NCBI GenBank assembly: GCA_047967505.1
Contig: CM106538.1
DNA from: Dipteris shenzhenensis
Taxonomy: Eukaryota
Direction: 5' to 3' (one strand)
DNA length: 64,000 bases
The position numbers and the translations under genes are program-made. Positions 1 through 11,687 of the stretch are shown one piece after another (position 1 is the stretch's first letter; each line of letters opens with the position of its first letter). Under the pieces are notes generated by a model. It saw only the letters and a program-made list of their open reading frames with translations, was not told the DNA's origin and ran no database searches.

Positions 1-652
1 AGACCACCTGATAGGTTTGTTCCAGGGGTAGACTATGTGATGCTTACTGATTGCGGGGAGCCTTCTTGCTACAGAGAGGCTATGATGCGTGAGGATCAAT
101 GCAAGTGGGAGTATGCTATGCAATCAGAGTCTCTATGGTCTTAAGCAAGCACCTAGAGAATGGTATCAGAAGTTTGATGCTTTTATTCGGTCCCAGGGTT
201 TTAGAAGGAGTGAAATTGATCACTGCCTCTACACTAAAAGGGCTAAGGATAATAGCCTGATAATCTTGGCACTATATGTGGATGATATGCTATTTGCTAG
301 CAAGAATACTTATGAGCTAGATGCATTAAAGGCCAAGTTGCATGAGGCCTTCGATATGAAGGATTTGGAATTTGCAGGTCATATTCTTGGTATGTGCATC
401 ACTGTTGGCTCTTTCCTACTGCTTTCGTAGGAAGAGCTGGGTTATTCTATGTTGCAGGGTTCCGAGGCTTTTTGTCACCTACAAATATATTGGGATTGTC
501 GTTGTAATATATGTGTAGCTTAGGACCTCGAGTCATGTTCTAGTGAGAGACGTAGGCTTAAGTGTGGTAAGCAAACAAAGTGCAAGCATGTGTAAAAGGC
601 ACGTAAACCATCGTTGTTGGGGTAATGAAGGCTTTCGCCTTCATTGGGGGTT

Positions 653-860
653 GTAGGGTTTAGGAGGAGTTTAAGGGTTCAGAAGGAGGTTCCAGGGTTT
701 AGAAAGAGTTCAAGGGTTCAGAAGGAGGATCCAGGGTTTAGAAAGAGTTCAGGGTTAGAAAGAGTTCCAGGGTTTAGAAGGAGGTTCCAAGGTTTAGAAG
801 GAGGTTCCAAGGTTTAGAAGGAGTCCAGGGTTAGAAGGAGGATCTAAGGTTCAGAGTAAA
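653..860. repeat. Degenerate ~20-bp tandem array containing AGGGTTTAG (telobox-like) in the B/C LTR; also ~27240-27420 and ~36660-36840
   Basis: Repeated ccagggtttagaag(g)ag units. Confidence 0.8.
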
Positions 861-959
861 GTACATGGTGGAGAACTCGTCTCCCTCGTAGATCATGGAG
901 TTTAAGAGTTTAGGAAAGCATAGGAGTGGGAGAGGAAGAAGGTGTAAGAGCATGGGTGA

Positions 960-1140
960 AGGAAGAGAGAGAGGAGGAAGGAGGAGGAGGGAAGAGGAGG
1001 AGGGAGAGGGAGGAGAGAGGAGGAGGAGGAGGAGGGAGGAGGAGGAGGAGGAGGAGGAGGGAGGAGGAGGAGAAGGAGGAGGAGGGAAGAGGAGGAGAAG
1101 GAGGAAGGAGAAGGAGGGAGGAGGAGAGGGAGAGGGTGGG
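960..1140. repeat. (GGA)n purine-rich tract in the B/C LTR; also ~27520-27660 and ~36945-37085
   Basis: Direct inspection; tract length differs between B and C. Confidence 0.9.
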
Positions 1141-1297
1141 TTGCAGGGTTGGAGGAGAGGGGAGAAGGGTTGCAAGGTTAGGACATGCTTTTGGACGTGC
1201 AGTGCAAGGAAGCATGGACACTTGAGACAAATGCTTGGAATACCAATGTAGACTCAACACAATGCCCCAAGAGTGCGGGCTTCATTCCATTATGGGG

Positions 1298-1305
1298 TAT
1301 TTATA
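1298..1305 (-). promoter_or_regulatory. Probable TATA box (TATAAATA) of the B/C-family LTR
   Basis: Lies on the element's sense strand, downstream of the 13-bp repeat block, and is conserved in both LTRs of C. Confidence 0.5.
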
Positions 1306-1331
1306 TAAGTTGGAGAGCTTCTCTCTCTGCA

Positions 1332-1603
1332 TGTAACACAAAGTCGTATCACAAAGTTGTAACACAAAGTTGTGTCACAAAGTCGTAACACAAAGTTGTG
1401 TCACAAAGTCGTAACACATTCTCTCTCTTCATGCAGAACTTGTAACACAAACTTGTAACACAAAGTTGTTACACAAAGTCGTAACATAAACTTGTAACAC
1501 AAACTTGTAACACAAAGTTGTTACACAAAGTCGTAACATAAAGTTGTGTCTAGAAGTTGTAACACAAAGTTGTAACACAAAATTGTATCACAAAGTTGTA
1601 ACA
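1332..1603. repeat. 13-bp minisatellite (GTTGTAACACAAA)n in the U3 region of the B/C LTR; also ~27858-28250 and ~37283-37660
   Basis: Direct inspection; copy number varies among the three LTRs. Confidence 0.9.
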
Positions 1604-1687
1604 CCTTCTCTTTCTTCATAAGTTCATGTTGGCACAGAGTCAACATACTCCCGGATCCATTTGATTGCCCATCCTCGGGTTATGGCT

Positions 1688-3145
1688 TATGGCGATCACG
1701 TACCTGGGTTGCCATGTTTTTAGTCCAGTGGCTGTGGAACTTGTGTCGTGCCAGTCGATCCTACTGTAGAGCCTTAGCACCATACAATTTTTGCGCGGTT
1801 TCCAGGTAGCCTGTATCTACCATTTGCTCGAACAGAGATATGTGGCGTGCCTCCAAGAAGATCACTCTTTGATAGAGTCGGCTGGTAATCTGAGCATCAA
1901 TCCGTTCATTGGGATTAAAGCTGAGTGGAGGCAAATGGGAATCAAGGTAACATGGGACCTCCAGAATTAATGCTAATGTTTTGCAGAATATGGCACTTTG
2001 GCGAAGGAAGCGATCAATGTTGCCGCGCATTATTTGTTCATGCTACTGAAGTGCTCGGATCATGGTGCCTTGGATATTCCATTCTACACCAGAGTAGGGT
2101 TCGATCATTGGCCAATTAATGACTCGATCTTCAGCCAAAGTGTGTATGTTGGCTTCCCATTTTTTACGCCGTGGAACTGCATAGAACTTGGGATGGGTTC
2201 TGAGACATGGAGGTGCCCGTAAGTACTCCTTTAAGAAGTTTACATCAAAGAGCTTGGGACGGCGCCAATCAGGTTGTGGATCCAATTTGCTAATCCAACC
2301 TCCACTTATTTGGTGCTGACAAAGATTGGTAGGAAAGTTACCCAGGGTCCATCCACCACGAGTTTTCATATCAGGATATTTGCTCCAAAATTCCTTGATG
2401 GGGTTACGGGGAAGTGGTATCTCATCAAAATCATACCCATCATTGGAACTTGGCATGGGTGTACGAATTGGATTATCCGGATCCTGATATTCAAAATCAA
2501 ATACTGCATCATTTTTTGCTGATGGAAGCACCAGAAGTGTCGGAGGTGATGACGGGGCCGGGAGAGAATCAGGGGACATGGGGGAGAAATTTGGCTGAGT
2601 GATAGTGGCGGAAGGGGGAGCAGAGGGGAGGGGGGGAAGAAATGGGCAAATGGTTTGAGCAGCTTGGTAATCCTCAAGGGTAGGATTAGCAAGGGAGGGG
2701 AAAAAGCTAGGTGTGAGGGGCTCGTAAGTTTGTGACTGTTGGGTAAGTTGAAAATGGTGAGAGGCATGAGCAAAGAGACGATGGAGGGAATAGATGTTAG
2801 GATGGAGCTCGGGGAAGGTTAAGAGGGTGGTAGCAGCAAGGGGAAGTGAGGTTATGATGTTGGCAGAAAGAGTGGTTAGATATGGGAAGTTGGATGTGAG
2901 ATAGGCCTTGTCATCTTCCGACACTTCTTTTTGCTGGTGCGATGGGATGATGAGCTGCATGGGTTGGATGTTGGTTATGTCATGCCGTGCAAATAATAGG
3001 GATGGCCTTTGTAGCAATGGCAACAAACCTGCAATAACCCTGAGGGGAGGACTACCCATGAGGCAGACATATGCAATGAAAGCATCCGTCCTGAGAGTTA
3101 TAAACCCGGCATGTGTAGACAGGCAGAAGATATTCTTCTCATCTT
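1688..3145 (-). pseudogene. Extra ORF of unknown function in the 3' internal region of Gypsy B (Pro-rich linker plus ~250-aa C-terminal region)
   Basis: ORFs 2043..3209 and 1761..2030 share a frame and are separated by one TAG. A protein-level homologue of the C-terminus lies at ~28330-28440. Confidence 0.65.
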
Positions 3146-4134
3146 CGGAGTAGAAACTCCTTTGGCTTTTACAAAAAGAGTATGTTACAAAAGTATTGCA
3201 ACGTTTCAATATGGAGGGGGGGAAGGCAGTAAGTACTCCATTGCCTCCATATGTGAAACTGAGTCATACAGATAGTCCCAAATCAGATGAGGAGAGGGCC
3301 ATGATGGCCAAGGTTCCTTATGCATTAGCAGTTGGGAGTCTTATGTATGCTATGATAGCTACTAGACCAGACATTGCATTTGCAGTGGGAGTTGTTAGCC
3401 GGTATATGGCTAATCCAGGAAAGAGGCATTGGGAGGCAGTTAAGTGCATCATGAGGTACATGAAGGGTACCAAGGAGATGTGCATCTACTTTGGTAGAGG
3501 AGACATGCATGTACTTGGGTACATAGATTTAGACTATGCAGGGCATGTGGATAGTAGGAGATCCACTTCTGGTTATGTGTTCACCTTTGTAGGTGGTGCA
3601 GTGTCGTGAATGTCTCGCGCACAGAAGTGCATTGCTTTGTCTACCACAGAGGTTGAGTATGTTGCAGCCACAAAGGGTTGCAAGGAGGCTATATGGCTTG
3701 ATCGGCTAGTGGGAGATTTGGGGATTCATACAGGTGTACCGACATTGCATAGTGATTCCATGAGTGCTATTCAGCTAGCACAGAATCTGGTCTTTCATGC
3801 AAAGACCAAACACATTGAGGTCAGGTACCATTTCATCAGGGAGGTAGTTGAGGACAAGCGCATAGAGCTTGTCAAGGTTCATACAGATGATAACCCTATA
3901 GATATGCTGACGAAGAGTCTACCTAGTCAGCGGTTTGAGTATTGTCGTGTATTGATGGGCATTGGATAGTATGCTCACTGGTTGTTCTCCCTTAAAGGCA
4001 CATTGTCCTTTAAGTGGGAGGTTGTGGGGGTTAAAGGTCACTGTACCTTTACCCCGGTTATGTACAATACTCAAACACATATATAAATGAATGAAAAAGA
4101 AGATTAGGGTGGTTCTGCACCCACCAAAGCTTGT

Positions 4135-4173
<39 letters not shown>

Positions 4174-5608
4174 TCTTCCGTTCTTGCTTCCATTGAGAGC
4201 ACTCTCAGTGCCATGCCATTGAGAACCTAGGTTTGTGCCATACATCGTGTAAGAAATCCGAGGCACTAGATCAACCTGCGGGCCTAATGTTGGTGGTGAT
4301 TGATTTTCAATGCAGTTGTCTGCTTGAATTAACGCTTTAACGTGGATATTATTATTTTAGCTCATCGTTTGTGGATGGACTATGCATGTTTAAGCTATGG
4401 AAGCTCAAGTTCATGAAAGTTCAAGTTCATGAAAGTTTTGGATTCTTGTTGGATAATCCCATCTCAAATTTTGATACAACCTTTGAAGAAAATACATGTA
4501 CTTTAGAGTACTGTTTAGCCTTTTCTCCAATTATTTCTTGGCACTCAAGACCTTGGCTCTAATAATTCTTACATATATCTTGTGTTTTCTTTAGTTCACT
4601 TGTCTCTTCCAATCACAGTCCTTCCTCTTTGCATACACGTCAATATCCTAAAGTAGAAGCATTTGCTGGTCTTCTAGTCTAGTAGTCACAGTGAAAGACT
4701 TGCATGTGTGCTAACTACAACTTTATGCTTATGGTCTTGACCAACTGCACAAAGAATACAACTGAGCCACCTAAAGGCTCCCCAAAATGGATCGCTTGAG
4801 GCAAATGAATACAACTGAGGTCCTCCTTGGAGTAACTAACTGAGGAGCCAACTGCTTGCTGCAGTGGAGACTAAGTTGATTTGCTGGGCTGCTGGTGAGG
4901 AATGGAGATTAAAATCCCCCCTACTGCTAACTGAATTTGGGCAGGGGACAACCAACTTTGGGAGCTGACTGAGGACCCTCTTGGACACCTAGCTGGTACA
5001 GGGTCCTGTGCAGACAAGGTAGGCCGAACTACCTGCATGGCACAACTGTTCTGTCTTGGCTACCCATGCAGCCTACTGTGCTGCTGTGGCTGCTATAGTG
5101 TAGATTGTTGGACCCTGATGTATGATGCTGCTCTCTGGCAGCTGTACTATTTAGTACTGCTGCTGCAGAATTTTGGCTGTTTCACGTGCTACTGTCCTGG
5201 CCTCCAAATGACCCCTAGAGCGAATCAGATGTTCATGAACTGAGAATGGTCATGACATAAGCACCTTGCAATTCTGCAAGCTGTCTGTAATAGTTATTAT
5301 ATCCCATCTACATCCACCTCTACATCCGACATGTTATTTATCCTTGCAAACCATGTAGGCTGCAAAACACGTCAGAGACATGTGAGCAAAGTTAGTTTGA
5401 AAACTAAAGGACTCTGAACGCTAGTCAATTATGAGCAAAATGGATGGGAGGTTGAGATGGGTGATGCATATTTTCCTACTTTGCTGCTCGATATGTATTG
5501 ATGTCTAAGGAGGATTATGTTGGAGGATTTTATATTCTACTATCTTAAGGATTTGAAACATTTTGTATATACAGGTTTCATAGTAGTGAGCATTTTCATC
5601 CTGACAAG

Positions 5609-8600
5609 ATGGCACCAAGGCAAAAGAAATCAACTACAAGAGGTAATTCTAAAACTTTTTGGTACTGATAACCTTGGAATATCTATGATGGACGTGAGCA
5701 ATATATAACTCATCCTTGCTGGTTGTGATATATATTCAAAGGAACTAAAACTTATGCATTGAGATCTGGACCATCAAGAAGATCTCTGAGTGAGGAGTGT
5801 ACATCTCGTACTTCACAAAATGATGCAAATAACCCACACATGGAGATACTTGCAGAAACTGAGGCTACTATCACTCGGGAAGAGTCATCATCTCATCCCG
5901 TGATTAGTCTTGAACAATAGGAGGTGCAAGAAGAGCCTCGAGGCCAAGGAGAGCAAGAGAGTGCAGAAAAGACAAAAGAAAAAGCTCCAACACATGTAAG
6001 AGTACTTGGGAAGGAGATTCAAATTGGACTTTTGCAAGATGTCCTTGATCAGTTTTGGATGCAAAGAAGAATTGAACCCCCTTTGATTCCTCTCTATAGA
6101 TTTATTCTTAATGAGGCTATTCGAACATTAACGTCTGAGATTATTGTTTTGATAGATAGTTTTGATTCTAGAGGCTATGCTATAAATAGTGCACCTTTTC
6201 TAGTATCCTTGCAACGGCCAGGAAGTGATCAATTTTTCTATGTTACTGCACTTGATCGTCAAGAATGGGGGCCTATTTGGAATCAAATAAGTGAGGACTT
6301 CGACAACCAGCTAAGTAATGAGTGGCAAGACTTGAAGCAGAAGAAGTTTCTCGTTTGGGATGGAAATCATAGGTTGAAGGCATGGTTTTCTCGGATCAAA
6401 GACGGTACTCTCTTGATAAATCTATCATGCATAAGGAAATGTTCTATTATAGTTTACATTGCACATGATTATGTCATGCTTGTGGAATTGATATGTTGTA
6501 GCTTATTCAATAATGCCAACTCTCCATATCCAAGTGAGATGCCAATTCATAGAGGTGCAGAAATCTCAAGAGGGAGAGCTACTTCTTGCCTTAAAATCAA
6601 CCAATGAGTAAGATACTTTTTATAATACTTCTATGTATAGCTAGTTTAACTTCTTCTCTTTAGAAACTAAGTCTATTGGTATTTATGTCTTTAACTTCTT
6701 CTCTTTAGAAAGTAATCCCCACGTGAATATATGTTGGTATTGCAGACTTGTTCGAGCGCAGGTAGAGCATTCATATGGGCACGAGGTCTTCCTCTTTCAA
6801 AAATTTGGCATGGCAGATAAATCCTCACTTCTTGAGTTATTGAGTGAAGAGGATAAGAGATGGGTGGAAGTGGAGATGGTAATAGAAAGGAAGAATAGTA
6901 ACCCATGGTACACAACACCAGCTATTGTCTTGGCACAGCTTGTTTGGAAGGTATCTACACGAACTATAAATATCCCTTTGCTCTATGAAAGGTGTCCCAA
7001 AAAGGATAATGTTTTGATTTCTTGTTTTCATGGAAGGTTGATTTTTCACGTGCAATCAAGAAAGCTACTTAAAATCTTAATCAATCGAAGATGGAGTCTG
7101 GAGGAGTATACTAATAAATTTAGTAAGGCTATTAAGAATGTGGAAGTCATCTTTCGTGATCGAGCATACAATGTTTTGATTTCTTGTTTTCATGGAAGGA
7201 TGATTTTTCACGTGCGATCAAGAAAGCTACTCAAAATCTTGATCAATCGAAGATGAGTCTGGAGGAGTATACTAATAAATTTAGTAAGGCTATTAAGAAT
7301 GTGGAAGTCATCTTTCGTGATCGAGCATACAAGATGGTACCTGTTGCCAATCCCGCAAATGGTGATGGCTTCTTTGAGCTTCTATTTAGTTATGATTGGA
7401 ATCAAAAGGGTGCCATGACTAAGGACAAAGTGCATATATTATCCTCATCACGTCTTAACCCTAATAGGTAATGTCAATTAATGTTTTTGCACAATCACTC
7501 CATAGTGATGCTAATATTTTTTTCCTTTGCCATGATATTAATAGGAAAAAAGAGCTTCTACAACAATTGATGATGGCATGTGGAAATGATACAGTTGCAT
7601 CTGCTAAGTATGGGGATGCCCAAAAGTTTCGACTACATGTGAAAAAGGAAACATATTGGCAATACTTGTTTGAGCGAGGGATTTCCATCATCAACAATTT
7701 GCGAAGCCATGATTTGGAACTGCCTGATGGGTTTGAGACATTTGCTCGAGAGCGAAGATGACTTCACCTCCAAGAAGCCTTCCCTATGCTTTGGAAGGAT
7801 ATGAAGTCTACTCTTGAAGCAAATAAGCAGCCAGAAATGCAGGAGTCATCCTTACGCTTGGTGTATAGGTGGTACAATAGCAACCCTCTCCTTTCTCTTA
7901 GGATTAATAAACTGTTTTACTCATATGTCTACATTCTTTCATACATAATAGGTGGATACGGTCTTGGCATGATACCAATTCATCTTCAAGGATGCCATAT
8001 GAGGTCATGGCATGGACAAACATGGAGAAAGAGGGAAGCATGTATCCCTTATCTTGGAAAGATAAGGGCATAACGATTTGGGAGATTAATGTGTGTCCTT
8101 GGTGGTTGGATTACCCACTGGGAAAAGTACATCCCATTGAGAAAAATAGATGTGAAGGTAATAGTCCAAAGTTCCCTATTCCATAGGCATCTAGACCAAT
8201 GTCTATATATGCGGGTATCTACCATATACTTAAGTTTGCAACATTTGCTGCTCAATCTTCGAGAAGAACATGGAAGACAATATGGATGCGGATGAGTTGG
8301 ATGTAGAGAACCCTTATGTGGATATCACATTACGACCTAGATCAATGGATGGAGAGTCAGCTATCAAGAAAAGACCTATGAGATCTCTACTCCTCATACT
8401 TATGTAATAGTTAACAACTAACACTAAAGAAACAATATAGTATAACCTAGATTCTTGTAAGTGCTTCTTGACTTTGGTTATTTACATGATGATGGAGAGG
8501 AGGTACATTAAATCACCTAAATGTTTGTTTATATTGGTCTAATAAGCATGATTTGGATGTATCTAACTTGAGGTGTCATCATCCATTAGGTTCACAATCT

Positions 8601-8874
8601 ACAAATGGGTATCTTCTGGCGTGGAAAATCTGACCTCCCACACATGGATCGACAGGTAGGTGCAAATGTCTCTAATAAGCTTTTTCCAGCAAAGACATCA
8701 ATGCTACACAAGTGTGACCGTAAACATGTCACAAAACGAACACAAGTTGCATCAACTTACTTACGAGGACGGGAAGAAAGATCAGATTACTTGAACGAGT
8801 AAGACCCTATACAAGCACAGATTGAATTTATGGGGTATAATTGAAGTTCTTTCAAGGAAAACAAATATGGATTG
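5609..8874 (+). pseudogene. 5' part of a spliced gene with a ParB/Sulfiredoxin-like N-terminal domain; continues after element I as the methyltransferase-like segment
   Basis: ATG at 5609 (MAPRQKKSTTR). A phase-1 GT-AG intron at 5643-5741 keeps the frame into ORF 5924 through one TAG. Motif KKFLVWDGNHRLKAW. An intron from 6405 to ~6501 yields HIQVRCQFIEV...LLLALKSTN. Further exon-like frames run to 8874 with stops and frameshifts. Confidence 0.7.
7008..7330 (+). repeat. ~162-bp tandem duplication covering an intron/exon junction of the ParB-like gene
   Basis: The unit AATGTTTTGATTTC...CGAGCATAC occurs at 7008-7169 and 7170-7330. Confidence 0.9.
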
Positions 8875-9989
8875 TGTGACGCCAAAAATTGATATTTTTA
8901 ATTTGGCATTGGTATTATTTTTCTCTATGTTTGATAAGAGTTTGAGTATCAAGTGATAGCCTAGCAGCTCTCACTTATTTCTATTTTCTATGATATTGTA
9001 TGGGATGGAGAGGATGAGTGGAATGGCTCATTGTAAATACCATAGGTATGAATTATAAATACCTTAGTATGGGGTGAGAGTTATTTGTGTATGGGATATT
9101 ATGGAGTTTTTTAAAAAATAGGAAGAGTGAGTCATATAAAGAGGTGGGCTCATGTCCATGTGTTCCAATAATATAAGAAAGGCCACATGCCAAGCGTATG
9201 GAAGGCATGTGGAGGAGTGTGAAGTCAAGAGGAATCCTTCTAGAACTCCTATGTGGAATAAGGAGGATGTGGACATGTGGAAAAGAGAAGGTCCCTATGG
9301 GCTCCATGTAAGAAGACTCTTGACTTTCTCAATATTTTAAGAGTCTTGAGCATCTTGTGATGGGACACATGGCAAGAGTAGCCAAAAAGGACATGGATGG
9401 TGACATACATGCTTATGTGATTGATGGGGAAAGGAATCTACAGGCAACAATTATAAATGAGTGAAGGAGGGTAACAAAATCTCTATAAAAGGAGCCCTCC
9501 TCTCCCTTGTTCATCGAATCTCTTCCACCATTAGGCCTCATGTTGCTGTAGCTCTAGCCTCCTCAAGCCTCTTCCATGAGCCTTCTCTCCCTCTTGTAGA
9601 TATTCTCTTATGTAGACTCTTGAGTCCATCTCTCTCTAGATTATTCTCTCTCTATGAGTAGTCTTGGAGGTTCCGCTCCCTCTTATATGTATGAAACCTC
9701 TTCTTCTCACTTGTATTTGTAGTGTTGGAGTGGATTCTCACTCTATTTGTGATGAAGGTCACTTCAGGTTCTCTCTCTCTTGAGTGTCTCGTCCCTTTTC
9801 TTTCTTTTAAAGCCTTGAAAGTTCTTTCTATTCGGCCGCTCACTGTGCATACATGGTCCATTTGTTTCCCGACCCACCATGCAAACTTCTTCCCCTCTTC
9901 TAGGCAAAATCTATGAGGGGTGGATCGTTGATGAAGGTGAGTCTTGACGGAGCATCCTGCTCAGGCGAAATTAGCCTGGGTGGAGGGTA

Positions 9990-10520
9990 GTTTTCATGAC
10001 AGTTTGACCCCCTATTAGTATTTTGCTCATAACGTTCTGCTCAGTAGTCCGATTATAATGAAATTTATATCAGCACGAAGCTCTCTTTAAGGCACATGTT
10101 TGTATGTAATCAGATTTTGAATCAAATACAACTGCAAAAAGTTATGATTCTCTGTGTCTGATAGTCTATTTTCATGATAGTTTTTACCCCCGTCTAGTAA
10201 ACTATCCATAACTTTTTGGCCGCTTCTCAGTTTCTTATGAAACATATATCAGCGCGAAGATCTCTTTAGGGAGCATGTCATTAGGTACTTAGATCTTGAA
10301 TCAGATATTGCTGCAAAATGTTATGACTCTCTGTGTCTGATAATCTGTTTTTATGATAGTTTTTACCCTCTTCCAGTAAACTATCCATATCTCTTCAACC
10401 GTCTGTCTGTTTTCAATGAAACTTATATCAGCGTGAAGCCCATCTCAAGGCGCATCTCTTTGTGTGATTGAATCTTTAATATCATGTCTTTATTGAAAGT
10501 TATAGGCCTCTGTGTTTAAT
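9990..10520 (+). repeat. ~178-bp degenerate tandem repeat (about 3 units) inside the element I LTR; also ~14675-15200
   Basis: Recurring TTTTCATGA(C/T)AGTTT...ATGAAA(C/T)TTATATCAGC...GTTATGA(T/C)TCTCTGTGTCT. Confidence 0.75.
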
Positions 10521-11019
10521 GATAGTTTGTAGAGTGTTTTGAGCTAAGTGTAAAGGTGTCTATGAAGGAGGTGCAATGTTTCCTCGGAATCTACCCATCT
10601 GACCTAATCAGCCCCTTCAAACTCCTCGATATATATCAGTTCATGTCATTTTGAGCCGCAAGATCTTCTTTCAACAATGTATCACTCTTCTCTTTGGTGT
10701 AGACGGCTCGCTGAGATTATGGCCTCTGCTGATCCTTTCCTTCTCCCTATGCTTGATTACAACATCACTTGGGATGTTACCATCTTCATTCTCATCTGAG
10801 GGAGGAAAGTATAGTGTGGTATCTTGGCATAAAAGCTTCTTTCTAATGTCCCATTCTCAATGATAAATATCTTTGGTAGTCAGTTTGAAAGCAGCAGGAA
10901 GTGAAGAGGTACGTGAAGTTTATTACCCCCAACTTGATGTCACATCTTTTGGTGGAGACGCCGGGTACGTTTGGTATTGGATTCATCCCACCTTACTAAA
11001 CGGTCTCGGGTGTACTTGA

Positions 11020-11549
11020 TTGCATGTTATGCCTAGAAGAGGCATGTGTGTTGATGAGATAAAGAAGATGCCTGGAAGAACTCCGTTAGAAGAGATTGCA
11101 ACCCGTTTAAGAGAACTTGAAGATTGTGACGGTGATGCTCAAGCTATTCGCACAGTCACCATGATCATATCCTTTATGTTTGCACTGTTGAATATGTTGG
11201 TGAATCAACAACGCCGGCAGCAGGCACAATGATAGATTGGGGATTGTTCCATGCTCTGGCAGCTTGGTGTGAAGAAGAGTTGAGTCTTTGGGTAGTTTTC
11301 GACTATAACAGTGGAGTGGTGATTCTTAATGCTTTCAACTTCTTTTGCTATGCAAATGATGAAGAGTACAATATCTTGAAGCTTTTATGTGCACTTCCTA
11401 TTGTGAGAAGGGTGGTTCTAGAATGCATGTATACACAATGTTTTCATGGTGCTGGTTGGTCACTTATTTTTGAAGATTTTGTTGAGGATCACATTGTGGA
11501 GGTTTTTCAACAAGTGGTTATGCATAATAAGTTGGTCTTGGTATACTAA
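11020..11549 (+). pseudogene. Two short ORFs overlapping at ATGA in the gag position of element I; possibly a degenerate gag
   Basis: Lie right after the PBS; only weak capsid-like pattern. Confidence 0.3.
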
Positions 11550-11687
11550 GGCTCTGTGGGATCTTGTTCGGATCTAGTTTGGGATATTATTTAGATCTTG
11601 GTGTTTCCTTTTTGTGTTTCATCATGGTGAAGATTCCAGTGTTTTGAGGGACCCAAGGGGAAGACCCAGAGTCTTATCTTCGGGATT

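Larger units (their letters stand above)
403..3145 (-). mobile_element. Element B: 5'-truncated Ty3/Gypsy element (3' LTR 403-1645 plus ~1.5 kb internal) inserted in A
   Basis: The LTR TGTTGG...TCAACA is nearly identical to 26986-28291 and is followed by the same TACTCCCGGATCC flank. Copia A resumes at ~3146 (CGGAGTAG). No second LTR or TSD. Confidence 0.9.
1..4207 (+). mobile_element. Element A: 3' part of a decayed Ty1/Copia LTR retrotransposon (RT-RNase H, 3' LTR 4023-4207), interrupted by element B; same family as J
   Basis: Copia RT/RH motifs [41 protein letters not shown]. The 3' LTR TGTGGGGG...CTCTCA follows a purine tract and matches 57209-57390. About 375 bp of RT is missing at 126/127 relative to 55647-56020. 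Confidence 0.93.

Noticed and set aside
653-860. Interstitial telomere
   Set aside because: Not contiguous TTTAGGG; the motif sits in ~20-bp LTR repeat units
831-1260. Poly-Glu/Arg/Gly/Pro ORFs (also 27456-27786 and 36881-37211)
   Set aside because: Artefacts of translating the stop-free (GGA)n tract inside LTRs
1332-1603. Regular short repeats resembling a CRISPR array
   Set aside because: Head-to-tail 13-mers without unique spacers, inside LTRs, with no cas genes
3146-3209. N-terminus of the 388-aa ORF 2043..3209
   Set aside because: It is antisense Copia A sequence across the truncation junction; the true start is lost
9053-9916. Repeated small ORFs (also 13712-14600 and 63275-63604) as a conserved gene family
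   Set aside because: They recur only because they lie in LTR copies; no protein motifs
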